Assembly (NCBI GenBank): GCA_026989215.1
Contig: JALSJV010000242.1
Coordinates: 1 to 54,604, forward strand
Reading direction: 5' to 3'
Length of the DNA: 54,604 bases
Source: Acidimicrobiia bacterium
GTDB lineage: Bacteria > Actinomycetota > Acidimicrobiia > Spongiisociales > ZC4RG35
The number at the start of each line of letters is the position of its first letter. The stretch's first letter is position 1. Below the pieces are notes generated by a model. That model saw nothing but the letters and a program-made list of their open reading frames with translations, had not been told where the DNA came from and did no database searches. Positions 27,849 through 36,018 of this stretch are shown here, piece after piece. Position numbers and translations under genes: made by a program.

Positions 27849-28751
27849 ATGAGCGTCGAGCTCACGGTCGTGACCGTCACCTACAACTCTGCAGATCACA
27901 TCGCCGACAACCTCGCCGCGATGGAAGATGCCTTGGCTCCCTTCGACGCCGAGATCCTGGTGGTGGACAACGCCTCATCCGACGCCTCGGTCACCGAGGC
28001 CCGGAGGGTGCTTCGCCGCGGTCGGGTCATCGAGAGTGGGGAGAACCTCGGCTTCGGGCGCGGTGTGAATCTCGGCCTCGTCGAGGCACGGGGTGCCTGG
28101 ACGATGATCATGAACGACGACGCCCGCATCGACTCGGCCTCCATCGAGCTGCTGCTGGAGGCGGCGGCATCGGATCCGGCCATCGGCCTCGTCGGGCCCC
28201 GGATCGTGGGAGAAGACGGTGAGACGGCTCCCAGCGCCCGGTATCGGTTCCCGGGCTGGGCGGAAGAATGGCAGCGGATCCGGCGGCTCGTCGGCTTGAA
28301 GGATCCCGACTACCCGATCTCGGAGGAGCCCCACGACGTCGCCTGGCTCGTGGGCGCCTGCGTGCTCGGGTCCACGCAGCTCCTGCGAAAGGTCGGGGGT
28401 TTCAACCCGGCCTTCTTCCTCTACGGTGAGGACATCGATCTCTGTCGGCGGCTCGCCGCGCTCGGATACCGGCGGGTCACGGTGCCGAAGGCCACATGTG
28501 TCCACACCCAGGGGGTCGCCACGTCGAGGGTGTTCGATTCCGATGCGCGGTCCCTTCGTCAGATGTCGGGTCGAGCCGTGTACTACCGAATCTGGTTCTC
28601 GCCTGTGGCCCTTCGGGTGATCCAGATCCTCCGTGGGATCGGTCTCCGGGGAGGGCGCGAACGCTTCGGTGCCTACCTGCGACTGGCGGTGGCGGGAAGT
28701 GATCTCCGTCATCTTCGGTTCCCACCGCCCCTTCCCGGACCTCCGGCCTGA
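27849..28751 (+). CDS. GT2 glycosyltransferase (rhamnosyltransferase-like subgroup)
   Basis: ..VVTVTYNSADHI.., ..ILVVDNASSD.., ..NLGFGRGVNLG.., ..MNDDARI... Confidence 0.88.
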   Translation: MSVELTVVTVTYNSADHIADNLAAMEDALAPFDAEILVVDNASSDASVTEARRVLRRGRVIESGENLGFGRGVNLGLVEARGAWTMIMNDDARIDSASIELLLEAAASDPAIGLVGPRIVGEDGETAPSARYRFPGWAEEWQRIRRLVGLKDPDYPISEEPHDVAWLVGACVLGSTQLLRKVGGFNPAFFLYGEDIDLCRRLAALGYRRVTVPKATCVHTQGVATSRVFDSDARSLRQMSGRAVYYRIWFSPVALRVIQILRGIGLRGGRERFGAYLRLAVAGSDLRHLRFPPPLPGPPA

Positions 28752-28966
28752 GCTCTCTCCCGACGACGGGCGAGGGAGGCGACTCCGACCGTGTCCGTCG
28801 ATCGTTCGTCTCGGGCGCGCCGAGGTGCGTTCGAGTCGTGACGCGCTAGCCTCGTCCTTCAGGCCGAGACGGAGGTGATGGCCATCCGGTGGGGATGCCC
28901 GTGTTCGGTGAGAGGTCGGCACCGTGCTGCGGCGTCTCCGGGGCCTGCGATGACGTCGGCGTGGTG

Positions 28967-29806
28967 ATGGCCGTGCGCGACCCCGATTTCATCATCATCG
29001 GGACGATGAAATCCGGGACGACCGCGCTGTTCCGCTGGCTCCAGGAGGTCTCGGGGTCGGAGCTGTGCCGGGAGAAGGAACCGGAGTTCTTCCTGAAGGC
29101 CCATCCCGTCGGATCTCGCGCCCACCGGCGATACCGGTCGCTCTTTCCCGAGCGGGGTCTGGCGGGGGAGGCGTCGGTCGCGTACACCGATCCCCGCGTG
29201 GCGGCGGACGTCGCAGGCCGTATCGCCGACGCGGTGCCGTCGGTACGTCTGGTCTGTGTCCTCCGCGAACCCGGGTCGCGGCTACGGAGTCACTATCGGC
29301 ATCAGGTCCAACATGGTCGCGAGCGCCGTCCGTTCCTGGAGGCGATCACCGCAGACGACAACCCGTACCTCCGTCGGAGTCTGTACGACGTGGCGCTGCA
29401 GCCGTTTCTCGACCGATTTCCTACCGAGTCCGTGTTGGTCGTCCAGATGGAGCGGCTCGTCGACGAGGAGCGTTCGGCCTGGAACGACCTCCTCGATTTC
29501 CTGGGACTTCCGGCGGCACCGCATCCGGCGATTCCGGTGAACGTGGGGTCGACGAAGGGCGACTACACCTCGTTGATGCGGAGACTGTACGACAGTCGGG
29601 CGTTGCGGAGGCTCGAGTCCGCCACTCCACGGTGGCTGCGAAGAACCCTCCGCCCGCTCCTGATTCGCCACGATCCGGATGCCGAGCGCCTTCGGGCCCA
29701 GTCGCAGGATCAGCCGCTGCCGCCCTCGGTGGCGCGCCGACTCGAGGAGTCGGTGGCCAGGCTGCACACGATGGTCCCTCTGGACCTCGACCTGTGGAGG
29801 GCGTGA
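28967..29806 (+). CDS. sulfotransferase
   Basis: 5'-PSB loop ..FIIIGTMKSGTTAL.. and 3'-PB ..LREPGSRLRSHY... Start chosen at ATG 28967 (MAVRDPDF). Confidence 0.85.
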   Translation: MAVRDPDFIIIGTMKSGTTALFRWLQEVSGSELCREKEPEFFLKAHPVGSRAHRRYRSLFPERGLAGEASVAYTDPRVAADVAGRIADAVPSVRLVCVLREPGSRLRSHYRHQVQHGRERRPFLEAITADDNPYLRRSLYDVALQPFLDRFPTESVLVVQMERLVDEERSAWNDLLDFLGLPAAPHPAIPVNVGSTKGDYTSLMRRLYDSRALRRLESATPRWLRRTLRPLLIRHDPDAERLRAQSQDQPLPPSVARRLEESVARLHTMVPLDLDLWRA

Positions 29807-29853
29807 ACCTCACACCTGCGACGCCGAGCGACGGACCGGGCCGTGCAGAGAGG

Positions 29854-30696
29854 TCACGGCGTATCCGGTGACGCCAGTCGCCGATCCCAGCGGCTGAGAT
29901 CCCTGCCGAGCCATGTCTGAAGAGCCCTGTTCTCGTCCAGGAAGTGGTCTCGCAGGCGCGACCGTATGTGTGGCGGCATCGGTGGATACGGCTCGTCCTT
30001 GGTGTTGATTCTCCCGATCGCATTCCGGACCGGCGGCGGAAGGCGTCTCGTCCACCGTCGAAGGCGGGGCGATCTGAAGGCCACGTAGGCGTTGGCGGGA
30101 CGGGACGCAGGATCATCGGGGAGGGTCCGCGGGTCGACGCCGAGGAACGTGCAGACCGCCGAGAGGACCGTGCGTGGGGATTCGACGAGGTCCTCGAAGA
30201 TGGCGACATGGAGTGAGGAGCGGGGGAAATGGCGGGTCACGTGCTGGAGCTGACGGAGATACTTCCCGCGGTCCAGGTACGAGTGGCGTCGCCGTGACTC
30301 GGGACCCGCCTGCAGACGTTCGGGTTCTCGTTCCACGGCCTCCTCGAAGGGGAGGGGCTCTTGGCGTCGTGCACGGACCATCCAGTAGTGGGAGTAGGCC
30401 CGGTCGACCGGGTCTCGGAGGATGGCGATCAGTCGCACCTGTGGGATCAACTGCGCCATTCTGCGGATCGCCTCTGGGTCGTACAGGTAGTTCGGCGTCG
30501 CCTCTCCGACCGCGATCTGGTGGGCCCCTTCGAAAAACCGTTCGTAGTAGCCGGGTCCCTTCGCATGGTGGTCGTCGAAGAAATGGAGCTCCTTTCTCGG
30601 GGTCATGAAGACGTCGGGATGGCGACCGAGGCTGCGGGCGAGGAACGTCGTGCCGGAGCGTGTCGCCCCGATGATGATGAAGGTGGGGAGGGGCAT
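29854..30696 (-). CDS. sulfotransferase
   Basis: ..FIIIGATRSGTTFL.. and ..LRDPVDRAYSHY... 280 aa. Confidence 0.88.
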   Translation of the reverse strand: MPLPTFIIIGATRSGTTFLARSLGRHPDVFMTPRKELHFFDDHHAKGPGYYERFFEGAHQIAVGEATPNYLYDPEAIRRMAQLIPQVRLIAILRDPVDRAYSHYWMVRARRQEPLPFEEAVEREPERLQAGPESRRRHSYLDRGKYLRQLQHVTRHFPRSSLHVAIFEDLVESPRTVLSAVCTFLGVDPRTLPDDPASRPANAYVAFRSPRLRRWTRRLPPPVRNAIGRINTKDEPYPPMPPHIRSRLRDHFLDENRALQTWLGRDLSRWDRRLASPDTP

Positions 30697-30859
30697 CTCG
30701 TCGAGCGCAGCTGTACGAAGCTTCCGGTACCGGGCCCGGCTGGGTCGTGCGAGCGGGAACGACGATAGCGCTACGCACTTTCACTCTCCTGGCACTCGCG
30801 GCACCGATCCGTCCGTGGTCCGTCCGAGGGCTCTTCGAGAAACCACGCCCGGTTTCGTA

Positions 30860-30887
30860 TTGGCGGGAAGCCGGTGGGGTCTAGAGT
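30860..30887 (+). promoter_or_regulatory. candidate promoter upstream of the propeller/CWB2 gene (TTGGCG - 16 nt - TAGAGT)
   Basis: Located in the lower-GC divergent gap 30697-30907, 20 nt upstream of ATG 30908. Confidence 0.3.
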
Positions 30888-30907
30888 GTTGGGCATCGTC
30901 AGCGGGG

Positions 30908-32965
30908 ATGCGTCGATGGAGGATGCAGATGCGGAGTGGGAGGGCGAGGAGGGCGATTCTCCTCGGAGTCGTGGTGGCGATGGTGGGTGCCCTCGGGGTG
31001 GCGCCGGCCGCCGCAGATGGAGTCGTGACCGAGCGCGTGTCGGTCACCTCGGGCGGCGCCGGAGGCGACGGCTACTCGCTGTTCGCGGCGATCTCGGGAG
31101 ATGGCCGGTACGTGGCCTACGAGTCCTGGTCCACGAACCTGGTGACCGGCGACACCAACGGGACCGCGGATGTGTTCGTGTACGACCGTCAGACCGGGGC
31201 GGTGGAGCGGGTCTCGGTTGCGTCGGGCGGAACGCAGGGTGACGGCCCGTCCCTGCATCCGTCCCTCTCTTCCGACGGCCGGTACGTCGCGTTCGAGTCG
31301 TCGGCGACGAACCTGGTGCCGGGGGACACCAACGGCGTCTCCGACGTGTTCGTGTACGACCGTCAGACCGACACCGTCGAGCGGGTCTCGGTCGCCACCG
31401 GTGGTACGCAGGGCAACGCCTCCTCGGTGCTCCCGACGATCTCCGACGACGGGCGTTATGTGGCGTTCGACTCGTGGGCGTCGAACCTCGTGTCGGGCGA
31501 CACCAACGGGGTACGAGACGTGTTCGTGTACGACCGTCAGACCGACACCATCGAGCGGATCTCGGTCTCCTCCGGCGGCACCCAAGGGGATGGCGACTCC
31601 CTCTTCGGGGTGATCTCGGGTGATGGTCGGTTCGTCGCCTTCGAATCGCTCGCCTCGAATCTGGTGCCGGGCGACACGAACGGGGTGAAGGACGTGTTCG
31701 TATACGACCGTCAGACCGACACCGTCGAGCGGGTCTCGGTGGCCGCCGACGGCACCGAGGGGGACGGGAGCTCTCAGGACCCGTCGATCTCGGGTGATGG
31801 TCGGTTCGTCGCCTTCGACTCCTACGCCTCGAATCTGGTGCCGGGCGACGGAGGACGTCGCGACGTGTTCGTGTACGACCGGGGGGCAAACGTCATCGAG
31901 CGGATCTCGATCGCCTCCGACGGGACGGAAGGGAACGCCGACTCCTTGGCCGCCTCGCTCTCCGACGACGGTCGGTTCGTCGCCTACGACACCTTCGCCT
32001 CGAACCTGGTGCCCGACGACACCAACGGGGAAGGAGACGTCCTCCTCGGCCAGGCCTTCGCCGTGATCAGACTGTGGGCCGCCGACCGGTACGGGACGGC
32101 CGCGGCGGTCTCCCGGTATTTCTTCCCCGACGGGGCTTCGACGGTGTTCATCGCCACGGGCCTCAACTTCCCCGACGCGCTCGCTGCCGGGCCGGCGGCC
32201 GCCGCGGCTTCCGCACCGGTGTTGTTGGTCCGCACCGACGCGGTGCCGTCGGCGACGCTGAACGAGTTGGTTCGGCTCGCACCGACCAAGGTCGTGATCG
32301 TCGGAGGAACGGGGGTCATCTCGTCGGCGGTGGAGGCCGCCCTGGCCGCCCTTCCCTCCAACCCCACGGTCGAGCGCTGGTGGGGAGTCGACCGCTACGG
32401 GACCGCGGCGGCGGTGGCGGCGGGTCAGTGGCCGGGCGGTGCGGACACGGTGTACCTCGCGACCGGGGACAACTATCCGGACGCCTTGGCCGGGGCCCCG
32501 GCGGCCGGGTCGATCCCCGGCCCGCTGCTCCTCACCCGCAGAGACGTGGTCCCGGGGGTGACCCGCCAGGCGCTCTCCGACCTGGGAGCCTCCACCGTCG
32601 TGCTCCTCGGAGGCACCGGGGTGATCTCGTCCGCCGTGGAGGCCGACCTCGCCGGGACGTACACCGTCGTGCGCCGTGCCGGAGCCGACCGGTACGCCAC
32701 CGCGGCCGACGTCTCGGCGAACACCTTCGCCACGGCCGACGAGGTCCTCGTCGCCACCGGCCTGGACTATCCCGACGCGCTCGCCGGAGGACCTCCGGGG
32801 GGCCTCGGAAGTCGACCCGTGCTGCTGATCCGTCCCGACTCGATCCCGGGTGCCACCGCCTCCGAACTCGGACGGCTTCGGCCCATCCGCATCTTCATCC
32901 TGGGAGGCCCCGGGGTGGTCTCCGACTCGATCGGTGACACCCTGCACGCCTATCTGGCTCCCTAG
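30908..32965 (+). CDS. secreted protein: 6 x 48-aa PD40/TolB-like beta-propeller repeats plus 3 x CWB2 cell-wall-binding repeats
   Basis: Signal peptide ..RRAILLGVVVAMVGALGVAPAAADG. Six repeats of ..ERVSV.SGGTQGDG.S..P.IS.DGRFVAF.S.ASNLVPGDTNGV.DVFVYDRQT... Three units of ..ADRYGTAAAV....G.D.V.[IL]ATG.[ND][FY]PDAL....A.....P[VL]LL.R.D.[IV]P......L......[IV].[IL]LGG.G.. The start could be ATG 30908, 30923 or 30929. Confidence 0.85.
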   Translation: MRRWRMQMRSGRARRAILLGVVVAMVGALGVAPAAADGVVTERVSVTSGGAGGDGYSLFAAISGDGRYVAYESWSTNLVTGDTNGTADVFVYDRQTGAVERVSVASGGTQGDGPSLHPSLSSDGRYVAFESSATNLVPGDTNGVSDVFVYDRQTDTVERVSVATGGTQGNASSVLPTISDDGRYVAFDSWASNLVSGDTNGVRDVFVYDRQTDTIERISVSSGGTQGDGDSLFGVISGDGRFVAFESLASNLVPGDTNGVKDVFVYDRQTDTVERVSVAADGTEGDGSSQDPSISGDGRFVAFDSYASNLVPGDGGRRDVFVYDRGANVIERISIASDGTEGNADSLAASLSDDGRFVAYDTFASNLVPDDTNGEGDVLLGQAFAVIRLWAADRYGTAAAVSRYFFPDGASTVFIATGLNFPDALAAGPAAAAASAPVLLVRTDAVPSATLNELVRLAPTKVVIVGGTGVISSAVEAALAALPSNPTVERWWGVDRYGTAAAVAAGQWPGGADTVYLATGDNYPDALAGAPAAGSIPGPLLLTRRDVVPGVTRQALSDLGASTVVLLGGTGVISSAVEADLAGTYTVVRRAGADRYATAADVSANTFATADEVLVATGLDYPDALAGGPPGGLGSRPVLLIRPDSIPGATASELGRLRPIRIFILGGPGVVSDSIGDTLHAYLAP
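31021..32050 (+). repeat. intragenic tandem repeat, about 144-nt period, six copies
   Basis: Nucleotide-level repetition underlies the six propeller blades. Strings such as gacgtgttcgtgtacgaccgtcagaccgac and gagcgggtctcggt recur at a 144-nt spacing. Confidence 0.85.
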
Positions 32966-33006
32966 GACCGGAGGGTCGGCGAGCGGGTTGGTGCCCGAAG
33001 GGGATC

Positions 33007-33053
33007 CGATGGGTCGGTCGACCTATGGAGTCCTCGCCGGATTCGGGTAGCGT
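33007..33053 (+). promoter_or_regulatory. conserved 20-bp element plus TAGCGT -10-like hexamer upstream of the flavoenzyme gene
   Basis: CGATGGGTCggtcGACCTAT (33007-33026). TAGCGT at 33048-33053 lies 21 nt downstream, and the ATG is at 33081. Confidence 0.5.
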
Positions 33054-33080
33054 GAGCCGCTCTACAGGGGATGGGAGTGC

Positions 33081-34556
33081 ATGGGAGACAGGCCTGATCT
33101 GGTCGGTGTCGTCGGCGCGGGACCGGCGGGGCTGACCGCCGCCTGGGAGCTGAGACGCCTCGGGATCGGCTCGATCGTGTTCGAGGCGCATCCCCACCTG
33201 GTGGGCGGGTTGTCCCGGACCGAGCGATACCGCGAGTACCGGTTCGACATCGGCGGCCACCGCTTCTTCACCAAGAGCGACGAGATCCGGGAGCTCTGGC
33301 ATCGGTTCCTACCCGAGGAGGATTTCCTCCTTCGGCAGCGGATGTCTCGCATCTACTACCGAGGGCGGTTCTTCCGCTACCCCCTGGACGCCCGCGACGC
33401 CCTCCAGAAGCTGGGGCTGGTGGAGGCCACGCGGTGCGGGCTGTCGTATGTGGCGTCGGCGTTGCGGCCCAAGCGGACGGTGGTGTCCTTCGAAGACTGG
33501 GTGGTCGCCCACTTCGGGAGGCGCCTGTTCGAGATCTTCTTCAAGACCTACACGGAGAAGGTGTGGGGGATGCCGTGTTCGGAGATCTCGGCAGACTGGG
33601 CGGCCCAGCGGATCAAGGGCCTGTCGTTGTTCCGGGCGGTGAAGCAGGCGGTGTTCGGCCAGAGCGGTGAGATCGTCAAGACCCTCATCGAGGAGTTCGA
33701 GTATCCCCGGCTCGGTCCCGGCATGATGTGGGAGCGGGTCGCCGAGGATCTCAGCGGCCGTGGGGTGGCGATCGAGCTGGGCGCCCGGGTCGTGGAGCTC
33801 CACCACGAAGGTGGACGGATCGGCTCCCTCCTGGTGGAGACCGGCTCGGAGTCTCGGGAGGTGGCCGTCGACGCGGTCGTGTCGTCGATGCCGATTCGGG
33901 CCCTCGTCGAGGGGCTGCGTCCCGAACCGCCCGGGGAGGTCCTCGATGCCGCCCGTGCGCTCCGGTACCGGGATTTCCTCACGGTGGTGCTGGTCCTCGA
34001 CGAGCCCGACGTGTTCCCCGACAACTGGATCTACATCCACGACCCTTCGGTCCGGGTCGGGCGGGTGCAGAACTTCAAGAACTGGTCGCCTGAGATGGTG
34101 CCGGATCAGCGGCACACCGCCCTCGGGCTGGAGTACTTCTGCAACGAGGGCGACGAGCTGTGGGCGGCCACCGATGAAGCACTGCTCGAGCGGGGGGCCC
34201 GTGAGCTCGCCGCCATCGGCCTCGTCGATCCGGACACGGTCATCGACGGGACGGTGATCAGGGTGCACAAGGCGTATCCCGTCTACGACGAGGAGTACGC
34301 GGCGAACGTCGCCGTGATCCGCGGCTACCTGGAAGACCGTTTCGACAATCTCCAGCTCTGTGGTCGGAACGGCATGCACAAGTACAACAACCAGGACCAC
34401 GCGATGATGACGGGACTGATGGCCGCCCGGAACCTGGCGGGCGAGAAGTGGGATCAGTGGCGGGTCAACCAGGACGCCGAGTACCTGGAGGAGGTCTCCG
34501 CCGACGATACGGGCGGTCGCATGGTCCCTCGGAAGGTGACCGTGCGTGACGCCTGA
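33081..34556 (+). CDS. NAD(P)/FAD-dependent oxidoreductase (amine-oxidase fold; the group often annotated UDP-galactopyranose-mutase-like in glycan loci)
   Basis: ..VGVVGAGPAGLTAAWEL.. dinucleotide motif, ..YRFDIGGHRFF.., ..FFKTYTEKVWG... GGGAG RBS before ATG 33081. Confidence 0.8.
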   Translation: MGDRPDLVGVVGAGPAGLTAAWELRRLGIGSIVFEAHPHLVGGLSRTERYREYRFDIGGHRFFTKSDEIRELWHRFLPEEDFLLRQRMSRIYYRGRFFRYPLDARDALQKLGLVEATRCGLSYVASALRPKRTVVSFEDWVVAHFGRRLFEIFFKTYTEKVWGMPCSEISADWAAQRIKGLSLFRAVKQAVFGQSGEIVKTLIEEFEYPRLGPGMMWERVAEDLSGRGVAIELGARVVELHHEGGRIGSLLVETGSESREVAVDAVVSSMPIRALVEGLRPEPPGEVLDAARALRYRDFLTVVLVLDEPDVFPDNWIYIHDPSVRVGRVQNFKNWSPEMVPDQRHTALGLEYFCNEGDELWAATDEALLERGARELAAIGLVDPDTVIDGTVIRVHKAYPVYDEEYAANVAVIRGYLEDRFDNLQLCGRNGMHKYNNQDHAMMTGLMAARNLAGEKWDQWRVNQDAEYLEEVSADDTGGRMVPRKVTVRDA

Positions 34557-36012
34557 GTCGACGTCGCCCCGACGACCGGTCGACGAGCGGATCCTCCTCG
34601 CGGTCGTGCTCGTCGTCTTCGCCGTCCTCCAGCTCGCCCAGGTGTCCTCCAGCCTGGAACTCGGCAACGGGACCTACTACCTCCGGGATGCGATCGCCTT
34701 CGCCGACGGCGACGTCGCCCGGTCGCGGTACAGCCCGGGACTGCCGGTGCTCCTCGTGCCGGTGCTGTGGCTCACGGGATCCGATCCGGCGGCCTCGACG
34801 GTGGTCATCGAGATCCTCATGGTTGCGGTGGCCGTCGCCGCGCTCGTCCTCACCCATCGGGTGGTGAGGAGGCACGCATCACGGTGGATCGCCCTCGGTG
34901 TGGTGACGGCGTTCGCGCTCGGCCAGGCCGGCCTCGGGTTTCTCCGTGGCATCAACGCCGAGCCGGTCTCCCTCGCGTTGGTGGCCGGAGTGGTGTTGCT
35001 GGAAGGGGGCGGGCGGAGGGGCCTGGCGGCGGCGCTTCTCACCGGCGTGGCGGTCGCCGTGAGGATCGCCCTGGCGCCGTTCTTCGGCATCCTGTGGCTC
35101 CTTCGTCTCCGTCGCCGGCCGCAGGCCGCCTCCCTCGCGCTGGTGCTCGTGATGCTCGCCGCCGGAGCCCACTTCGCGACGGGACCGGTCGCCGACCCCA
35201 GTTACGTCGAGATCGCCGAGAGCATCTACGACGGGGAAGGCGGGGGAAGCGGCGGTCCGGTGGTCACGATCGCTCGGCAGGTCGGGGAGGGGATCGTGAC
35301 CTTCGGCCGATATGGCGTGCCCCGGCTCGTCTGGCCCTTCAGGATCTTGGCGACCCCGATCGGGCTGGTGCTCGCCATCGGCACCCTGGCGGCGATGGCG
35401 TGGGGCCTCCGACGCCGTTCGGGGGGCCTCCGGTTTCCGGTCGTGGCGGGCGCGACCGTCTATCTGGGCCTCCTGCTGCTGTGGCCGATTCGGGTGACCG
35501 AAGCGGTCCGCCTCGTCGTTCCGGTCGCTCCGGTTCTTCTCGCCGGGCTGGCAGGGACCCTCGATCGGGTGGTGAGCGTCGACGACGAGGCGGGGTCCTC
35601 GCGTCTTCGGCAGCTCGTGTACGGTCTGGTGGCGGTGATGGCCGTCGTGGGCCTGGCCGCAGGGTTGTCCGGCTTCGTCCAGACACGGGCCCCGTCGGCC
35701 GTCGAGTCGGACTTCTTCCAGGCGCATCGGATGGCTGCGGCCCGAACCCTGGAGGGACCGGTGGTGTCACGGAAACCCGCGGTGACCGAGTTGATGCTGG
35801 GAGTACCGGCGATCGGATACCCGGCGGGCGACCCGACGGTCGACGACCTGGAGCGATACGCCGCCGCCTGGTCTGCCTGCGTGTTCGTGGTCGACGGTCT
35901 CGGGCAGGGCGACGAGAACCTCTTCGCCTGGGTCGACGCCAACGCAGGCGACATCCTCGCCGCCGTCGGTGCCACCCGGATCGTCGTCGTCGATGCTCCC
36001 TGGTGCCGGTGA
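34546..36012 (+). CDS. polytopic membrane protein, GT-C-fold (ArnT/PMT-like) glycosyltransferase candidate
   Basis: 488 aa with more than 9 hydrophobic helices and a soluble C-terminal domain. The start overlaps the upstream flavoenzyme stop by 11 nt. The family call is from topology and the early ..YSPGLPVLLVP.. loop only. Confidence 0.5.
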   Translation: MTPESTSPRRPVDERILLAVVLVVFAVLQLAQVSSSLELGNGTYYLRDAIAFADGDVARSRYSPGLPVLLVPVLWLTGSDPAASTVVIEILMVAVAVAALVLTHRVVRRHASRWIALGVVTAFALGQAGLGFLRGINAEPVSLALVAGVVLLEGGGRRGLAAALLTGVAVAVRIALAPFFGILWLLRLRRRPQAASLALVLVMLAAGAHFATGPVADPSYVEIAESIYDGEGGGSGGPVVTIARQVGEGIVTFGRYGVPRLVWPFRILATPIGLVLAIGTLAAMAWGLRRRSGGLRFPVVAGATVYLGLLLLWPIRVTEAVRLVVPVAPVLLAGLAGTLDRVVSVDDEAGSSRLRQLVYGLVAVMAVVGLAAGLSGFVQTRAPSAVESDFFQAHRMAAARTLEGPVVSRKPAVTELMLGVPAIGYPAGDPTVDDLERYAAAWSACVFVVDGLGQGDENLFAWVDANAGDILAAVGATRIVVVDAPWCR

Positions 36013-36018
36013 ACCTTC

